Shown piece after piece: positions 58,067 to 64,000 of a stretch of DNA of 64,000 nt. The DNA is from an uncultured Planctomycetia bacterium (GTDB taxonomy: Bacteria; Omnitrophota; Gorgyraeia; Duberdicusellales; 4484-171). The stretch lies in the NCBI GenBank assembly GCA_964629655.1, contig CAZVQU010000001.1, forward strand, positions 420,056 through 484,055. Direction: 5' to 3'. A model generated the notes under the pieces. That model searched no databases. It was not told the DNA's origin and saw only the letters and a list, made by a program, of their open reading frames with translations. The stretch's first letter is position 1; each line of letters opens with the position of its first letter. A program made the translations under genes and the position numbers.

Positions 58067-59527
58067 CTATACGTGCTTTTCTCCCTTAACAGCGCCCTCT
58101 TCCCACTTAGTTACGCCCTTCATTACATCTTGGAAGCATAGCTTAGCTAAGGGGTCAAAATTACTAGTCATAATCCTCTGGATTCGACCCGGCTTTGAGA
58201 AGAATTCTCTCATGCACCAGGCGCCTAATCTTCCGTAATCATCCAATTTGAGGTGTTCGGTGGCCATTACCGGATGTAGGAAATCCCACTTAAGAAAATC
58301 TATTTTTTTAGGATCAATCTCACCCTTCTTTATCCTCTGTCTCCAAATTGGAGAGTTCGGTGCCGGAGTAACATAACCTACCCACAAGATATCCGGATCA
58401 ACCTGATCAGTAAATTCAAATCTCTGCTTTATGATAGCTTCGGTGTCACCATCAAAGCCCATCATAATATCAGCAACAATAGCAATATTGTTCTTTCGCA
58501 AAATCTCAATGGTCTTCTTTATCTGTTCAATAGTTATTCCCTTAGCAATTTTCTTTAATTCTGAAGCAGTAGTAACCTCAATGCCGAATACGCCGGTAAA
58601 CAAACCGGACTCTCTCATCAAAGGCAAAATCTCTTCACAATTAACCCAATCAATAGCCCTGCCTAAAGAAACCCATTTAATTGGGTTTTCTTTTTCTAGC
58701 TTTAACCGACAGAACTTCTCTACTCTTTCTGGGTCAACATTAAAATTATCATCCTGGATTACTACTACTTTTACCCCATACTCTTTATGAAGTACTTCTA
58801 GCTCTTCAATTACTCTCTCTGGAGACTTTGCCCGCCATTTTAAGAAATCTTCCGGATGGCGCGGATCATACTGATCCCACTCATAACAAAAAGTACAAGC
58901 TGAAGGGCATCCTCGCGAAGTTACCATCTCAACAAATGGCTTCCAATGAGTATGACCAACATACTTATCCATAGGGAATAAATCATATGCCGGAAGTGGT
59001 AACTTATCTAAATCTGTATTCAAAAGTCTATGTGGCCCCATAACTGCCTTACCCTCTACTCTTGAACTTACTCCGGCAATATCCTTTATCTCTTCTGACT
59101 TCCCTATCTTATTAATTAAATCACAAAAGGCCTCTTCTTCGCCCATAACTACATAGTCAATAGCTGGGTTACTATCCAAAGTAAATACTGGCATTGAAGA
59201 ATACCATAAGCCTCCGGCAATTATCTTGGTATCGGGGAGAACTTCCTTTATTGACTTTGCTGACTGGTTAAAGTAATGAAGAATAGCAAATCCTCCATAG
59301 GAATGAAGCATGTCTCCGAGGACAACTATATCCGGATTCTTTTCTTTCACTTTTTTAATCATTTCCTCGTTTTCTATTTCTAAGGCTTTACAATCTAAAA
59401 CCTCTAAATCCTTATACCCTTTTTCTCTAGCATAAGCAGCCCATTGAGCATAAAGCTGGTTAGGCCCTAAGTGTTTACCGTGTGTTGCCCAAGCGCCCGA
59501 CTTCGGTGTTAAAAATAAAATTTGCAT
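58067..59527 (-). CDS. B12-binding radical SAM protein
   Basis: N-terminal cobalamin-binding domain (IDYVVMGE); TSRGCPSACTFC; DDNF. Confidence 0.92.
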   Translation of the reverse strand: MQILFLTPKSGAWATHGKHLGPNQLYAQWAAYAREKGYKDLEVLDCKALEIENEEMIKKVKEKNPDIVVLGDMLHSYGGFAILHYFNQSAKSIKEVLPDTKIIAGGLWYSSMPVFTLDSNPAIDYVVMGEEEAFCDLINKIGKSEEIKDIAGVSSRVEGKAVMGPHRLLNTDLDKLPLPAYDLFPMDKYVGHTHWKPFVEMVTSRGCPSACTFCYEWDQYDPRHPEDFLKWRAKSPERVIEELEVLHKEYGVKVVVIQDDNFNVDPERVEKFCRLKLEKENPIKWVSLGRAIDWVNCEEILPLMRESGLFTGVFGIEVTTASELKKIAKGITIEQIKKTIEILRKNNIAIVADIMMGFDGDTEAIIKQRFEFTDQVDPDILWVGYVTPAPNSPIWRQRIKKGEIDPKKIDFLKWDFLHPVMATEHLKLDDYGRLGAWCMREFFSKPGRIQRIMTSNFDPLAKLCFQDVMKGVTKWEEGAVKGEKHV

Positions 59528-59562
59528 CTGACCTTCCTCCTTTTTTTACTTAAAATGTTAAA

Positions 59563-60330
59563 CTATTTTCCCGGGTGATTTTGTTTAAACGGTATCACTG
59601 GCTTCTTCCAAGGCGTTTGCTGGTTTATCACTGCTAACTCTAAAGGGCAGGTGTTGCCGCTTTGAGTAAGAGCAAACAAAACTGTATCAGCTATTGCCTC
59701 CGGCTCCATTAATCTTCCCTCTTCTTGCGATATATCTTTTAGCTTACCGGTTAAGGGGGTTCTGGTTACTCCCGGAAATATTGAAGTAACTTTAATCCCA
59801 AAATCGCGCATCTCCCAGAAAAGCCCCTTAGCAAAAGCTCTCAGGGCGACTTTTAAAGAAGTATAAACTATGAAGTTGCGCGGTGGAGGATCAACCATAA
59901 CTGAACCACTGGTAATATTTACAATATGTCCGCCGCCAGCATCTTTCATCTGATTAACAACTAAGCGCGAAAGCATAACGTAGCTATAATAATTTGTGTA
60001 CATGATTTTTTCTACATCCTCTACTGGCTGCTGCCAAAAAGGATGTTGGCTTGAGACTCCGGCCCCATTAACAACAACATCAATTCTCCCAAATTTCTCT
60101 AAGGTCTTACTGACTAAATTCTCTAAATTACTCTGCTTGGTAACATCACACTTTATGCATAATACTTTATCTTTTTCAGGAAGTGCTTTCTTGATATCTT
60201 CTAGGATCTCCTCTCTTCTTGCGGCAAGAACAAGGCTAGCGCCTTGAGCGGCTAACTTGTTAACTACACTTTTGCCAATCCCACCGCTTGCTCCAGTTAC
60301 AATGCAAACTTTCTCCCTTAACTTACCCAT
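59563..60330 (-). CDS. SDR-family oxidoreductase (possible ketoreductase)
   Basis: TGASGGIG, NGAG, YTSLK. Confidence 0.92.
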   Translation of the reverse strand: MGKLREKVCIVTGASGGIGKSVVNKLAAQGASLVLAARREEILEDIKKALPEKDKVLCIKCDVTKQSNLENLVSKTLEKFGRIDVVVNGAGVSSQHPFWQQPVEDVEKIMYTNYYSYVMLSRLVVNQMKDAGGGHIVNITSGSVMVDPPPRNFIVYTSLKVALRAFAKGLFWEMRDFGIKVTSIFPGVTRTPLTGKLKDISQEEGRLMEPEAIADTVLFALTQSGNTCPLELAVINQQTPWKKPVIPFKQNHPGK

Positions 60331-60339
60331 ACTTCCTCC

Positions 60340-61833
60340 CTACTTTTTAATATCCTTATTTTTAGATATACTTTTAATTCTATCTTGAGATATAATAGTC
60401 GTCCCCCAGGATTTTCCTGCGTGTATTTCCAAAACTATTTTTTCATCTGTCTCTTGTAATATAATTCCTTCAATCATCCGCCCGTTTTTCAGGTAGATCT
60501 TATCAAAAAGGGCTATTTTTCTAAAAGATAAATCAGTTGTTTTTTCTAAACGAGTAATATCTTTATCAATAAACCCTGAGTAATCAGACAATGACCTTGC
60601 TTCTTCTAAAGCCATTAAAGCCTCTATTTTATTCCCCAAGTTTTCTTCAATTCTGGAAAGAGTTAGGTGCGCCGGCCTCCAAGAAGGGTGGTGCTTTATA
60701 ATATCCTCTACGATCTTCTTTGCCTTACTATTATCACCAACCGCGCTATAAGAATAAGCTATGCTATTAAGAATATTGATATCATCAGGAATGATTTCAA
60801 GTTTCTTGCGGCAATTTTCTATTTCTATGTAATATTCTTTCATTGCCTCTTCTTTCTTACCCTGTTGAGTGTAAATATCTCCTAAATCATTATGAATGTA
60901 GAGGTATCCAGGTAAATATTCAAGTATTTTTTTATACTCTACTAAAGCCTTATCAAGTAGTCCCTCGTCGCGATAAAGACTTGCCAAGCTGTAATTAAAA
61001 TTAAGATTATCCGGTAAAATCTCTAATGCATTTTTTAGATGAACAATTGCTTCGCTATAATCCTCGATATTCATAAGGGCAAGACCTAAACTATTATGGA
61101 GATAACTATTCTCGGAATCGATGAGTAAACCGGATTTATATTCGGAAATAGCTTTTTCATAATTGCCTTTTTTATAATAAAGATCGCCTAAAAGAATTCT
61201 GGCTAAAAGAAAATCGGATTTTATCTGTAAAACTTCTTTTAATAATTCTTCAGCCTGAACATAATTGTTATCAGCGATATAAAAACGGCTTAAAAAATAA
61301 TATGGTTGGATATAATTTGGGCCAATTTTTAAAGCTTTATTTAGCAGAAGATAAGCTTCCGCTTTATCGCCAGCCGAATAAGCTTCAATGCCTTCGTTTA
61401 CGCAAAATAGTATATATCCAGAGTAGACCTCTTCGTGAAGGCCTTTTATCGCTGCCTCAGCTGGAAATTCGGCTTCAGCTCTTTTAAGAAGGCTAAGCGC
61501 CTCTTTATACATCTGTCTATTCAAATATATCCGGCCAAGGGCAGAATAAACATTCGCATTTTTGGGTTGAGTTTGAATTGAATTTTTATATTCTTTGATT
61601 GCAGCATCTTCATCCTCTAATTTCATATAAACGTTAGCCAAATTAGAATAGAGAACAGAAGAAGATTCAACCTTTAGGGCTTTCTGAAAATACGATATTG
61701 CTTCTTCATACAAATCCTGCTTGAAGCAACCAACGCCTTTATTATTAAGAAAAGCGGCTAAGTGAGGCTTGCTAGTATACGCTAAAACTAGCAACAGGAT
61801 AAAAACGAGCGACCACTCAATTATTCTCTTCAT
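60340..61833 (-). CDS. Membrane-anchored TPR-repeat protein
   Basis: N-terminal TM; about 10 TPRs; C-terminal IYLKNGRMIEG domain. Confidence 0.85.
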   Translation of the reverse strand: MKRIIEWSLVFILLLVLAYTSKPHLAAFLNNKGVGCFKQDLYEEAISYFQKALKVESSSVLYSNLANVYMKLEDEDAAIKEYKNSIQTQPKNANVYSALGRIYLNRQMYKEALSLLKRAEAEFPAEAAIKGLHEEVYSGYILFCVNEGIEAYSAGDKAEAYLLLNKALKIGPNYIQPYYFLSRFYIADNNYVQAEELLKEVLQIKSDFLLARILLGDLYYKKGNYEKAISEYKSGLLIDSENSYLHNSLGLALMNIEDYSEAIVHLKNALEILPDNLNFNYSLASLYRDEGLLDKALVEYKKILEYLPGYLYIHNDLGDIYTQQGKKEEAMKEYYIEIENCRKKLEIIPDDINILNSIAYSYSAVGDNSKAKKIVEDIIKHHPSWRPAHLTLSRIEENLGNKIEALMALEEARSLSDYSGFIDKDITRLEKTTDLSFRKIALFDKIYLKNGRMIEGIILQETDEKIVLEIHAGKSWGTTIISQDRIKSISKNKDIKK

Positions 61834-61864
61834 AGTAAATTGTTTATGCTACTGACTTTTAGTT

Positions 61865-62989
61865 TCAGTTAACTATTTTTCTTAAGTTGGAACCGAGAAA
61901 AAATATGCTTATACCGACTACAATGAATAAAGCCTTAAACCCTGCTATCGATACTAGCAATCCTCCTAAAAAAGCACCCAGGCCTCCAAAGCTAAAACGT
62001 AAAGCGCTATTTAAACTTGAAGCATCACGTAAAATCCTATCAGGGAATAAGGTAAGATGGGATGCTAATCCAACATGAGTAAGAGCCATGCCTGCACCCC
62101 ACAAGGTTATCATTAAAAAAATTAGCTTATAATTTCCTATAAAGACAAGAGAAAAAGCAAATGCACTCATTAGGACAAAACCAATGCTGCTTATCTTGAT
62201 ATTTCCGAAACGAGTACTTAAAAAGCCTCCGGAAAATTCGAATACTATCGCAGCTAGAGTGGAAACGGTAAAAACTGAACTTATAACTATTTGGGATAGC
62301 GAAAAACTCTCACTCAAATAAATACCTAAACGTTGCTGTAAGCCGTGGTAAAGGAGGCTTCCTAACATAACTACGATAAAAAAATTAACTGCTTTTTTAT
62401 CTTTTAAGGTATCAAGATAACTTATCTTGAATTTATCCACCCTGAAATCAAAGTCTTCTAGTCGAGTGAGTACTAAAATAAATACCAGCAAGCTTGCAAT
62501 TGATGGTATTAGATAAAGCCGTAAGGGAAAGTCGGAAAAGAATCCGCTTAAGAACACACTGATTAAGTTTGAAATATAAGAAAAAGCAAAAAACACCCCG
62601 ATAGATTTTGCTTTATCCTTAATAGGGATAACCTTGCCGATAGTTATAAGAACCAAAGGCACAAAACTACAACCAAAACAACCCATAAGAAATCTAGACA
62701 TAAAGGCCTGCTCTATGCTCTTTGATAAACTAAACCAAAGAGAAGATAAAAAGAATCCTAAAGTTGTAATCAGAAGAATCTTTCTCACCCTGACTATCCT
62801 GGTAAAAGGACCCCAAATAAGGGCGAATACTCCATAAGGAAGCATATAAAGCCAAGTGAGTGGCAAAGCATGATCCTTAGCTATCCCAAAGTAAACAGCT
62901 ATCGATGGTATTAGAGCTGCCGTAGCCGCAACACCAAAGGATATCACAAAAAACATCAGGCAAAAGATGTAAAAACTTATCTTGGACAT
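61865..62989 (-). CDS. MFS transporter (probable exporter)
   Basis: About 12 TM helices; SRFLMG; GGFLSTRFG. Confidence 0.88.
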   Translation of the reverse strand: MSKISFYIFCLMFFVISFGVAATAALIPSIAVYFGIAKDHALPLTWLYMLPYGVFALIWGPFTRIVRVRKILLITTLGFFLSSLWFSLSKSIEQAFMSRFLMGCFGCSFVPLVLITIGKVIPIKDKAKSIGVFFAFSYISNLISVFLSGFFSDFPLRLYLIPSIASLLVFILVLTRLEDFDFRVDKFKISYLDTLKDKKAVNFFIVVMLGSLLYHGLQQRLGIYLSESFSLSQIVISSVFTVSTLAAIVFEFSGGFLSTRFGNIKISSIGFVLMSAFAFSLVFIGNYKLIFLMITLWGAGMALTHVGLASHLTLFPDRILRDASSLNSALRFSFGGLGAFLGGLLVSIAGFKALFIVVGISIFFLGSNLRKIVN

Positions 62990-63417
62990 TATTCTTTTTC
63001 TATAATTTCCTTAAATCTCTTTAAATTATCTTGAGAATGCTTATTTATTAACTCCTCAACCTGAGAATCAGTATATTTGGCCTTAACGTCCATGGTAAAA
63101 TCCTGAATCCAAGTCATCTCAATCCCACCATCTACATCTCTATAGAGCCAGATAATCTTCATATACTGGAAAGGAAACATCGGCTCTACCTTACAAGCAT
63201 AAGCGAACTTATCATCCTTAAAAAGCAAACGATAAGACTTCCAGCTATTTCCATTCTTATGGGTGAGTTGAAAAGTAATCTTATTGTCTTTAGTTTCTAA
63301 AACATCTGACGCTGTATATTCGTCAAACAACTCTTTCCAACGGGAAATATCATTACTAATATCAAATACCAACTCATATGGTGCATTGATTATGATTGAA
63401 TTTGCTGTATGTGCCAT
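62989..63417 (-). CDS. TcmN/WhiE-type polyketide aromatase/cyclase (SRPBCC)
   Basis: HTANSIIINAPYELVFDISNDI..W.ELF.EY, PFQYM.I.W.Y, EMTWIQDF. Confidence 0.85.
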   Translation of the reverse strand: MAHTANSIIINAPYELVFDISNDISRWKELFDEYTASDVLETKDNKITFQLTHKNGNSWKSYRLLFKDDKFAYACKVEPMFPFQYMKIIWLYRDVDGGIEMTWIQDFTMDVKAKYTDSQVEELINKHSQDNLKRFKEIIEKE

Positions 63418-63441
63418 AAGCCTCCTTTTTTTAAAAAATAA

Positions 63442-63999
63442 TTACAAAACCGCAACTACTCTTGCCCAAGCAGCGCCGGTATTTATTATTCTTACCGGAA
63501 AACAAATAACTTTAAATCCAAAATTCGGCAATTTATCTAAATTAGCTAACCGCTCAATATGAGCAAACTCTCTTTTTCTACCGTGAAAATGCGCTGGCCA
63601 AAGATGCCTAGGATCTTTATTTTTCATAAAATCCTTGATCATAAACTTATAAGGTCTGTCAATGCCCATAGTATCTACTCCAAATATCTTTATTCCTTTA
63701 TCAAGAAGATAATCTATGGCTGATGAGTTTATACCTGGGTAATCACTAAAATATTTAGGTGTCCCGTGTAAATGGTCGGAACCAGTATGTATAAGAACAA
63801 TATCCAGAGGCTTTAAAGTATAACCTATCTTCTCTACAGCAATTTTTAAGTCTTCGGCCCCAATAATCTCCTCTGACCTTTTACCGGTAAGGTCTAGCTT
63901 TACACCATCGCAGTTACACCACTCCAAAGGTATCTCATCAGCTGTTTTTGAAGGCCTACCCTCAGACTTACTCCCGTAATGGAAGGAATAATCAAGGTG
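63442..63999 (-). CDS. Cyclase family protein (DpsY/OxyN-like); 5' end lies beyond the window
   Basis: Frame open to the window edge: HLDYSFHY..., GVDTMGIDRP, WPAHF.GR..E..HIERLANL. Confidence 0.82.
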   Translation of the reverse strand, partial: HLDYSFHYGSKSEGRPSKTADEIPLEWCNCDGVKLDLTGKRSEEIIGAEDLKIAVEKIGYTLKPLDIVLIHTGSDHLHGTPKYFSDYPGINSSAIDYLLDKGIKIFGVDTMGIDRPYKFMIKDFMKNKDPRHLWPAHFHGRKREFAHIERLANLDKLPNFGFKVICFPVRIINTGAAWARVVAVL

Positions 64000-64000
64000 A

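Noticed and set aside
1-64000. CRISPR array, rRNA, transposase or prophage
   Set aside because: No regularly spaced repeat-spacer units, rRNA-like sequence or mobile-element genes were found

Overview
A 64-kb AT-rich bacterial chromosomal window, mostly transcribed on the minus strand. Gene content and protein style suggest an anaerobic PVC-superphylum organism, probably Candidatus Omnitrophota (inference). Housekeeping blocks: glgA-polA, gap-pgk-tpiA-secG, tyrS/rpsA, rplU-obgE-proB-proA-nadD, split B12 methionine synthase, tRNA-Gln(CUG), gltX, a 2-oxoacid:ferredoxin oxidoreductase operon, dxs, rny/ymdB, HU, rsmF-like and rlmN. Three accessory systems stand out. (1) A 1718-aa modular protein (20137-25293) whose modules are separated by short SS[P/S/A][I/L] linkers, with an internal Tat/lipobox signal, an EreA/ChaN-like domain and a methyltransferase, and flanked by three related palindromic DNA sites. 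(2) A divergent chaperone-usher-like pilus operon (29646-35516) facing a c-di-GMP-I riboswitch-controlled two-gene unit; one product is a small secreted protein carrying a copy of the pilin donor strand but no pilin body, a candidate pilus terminator. (3) The end of a probable type II (aromatic) polyketide cluster (to 64000, core PKS genes outside the window), with a B12 radical SAM enzyme and an MtnA-like isomerase / aldolase-SCP2 / ALDH module. Also seen: several small palindromic repeats, an unannotated 57-aa lipoprotein, no rpmA between rplU and obgE, and a degenerate Obg. No database searches were run; family calls rest on motif recognition.
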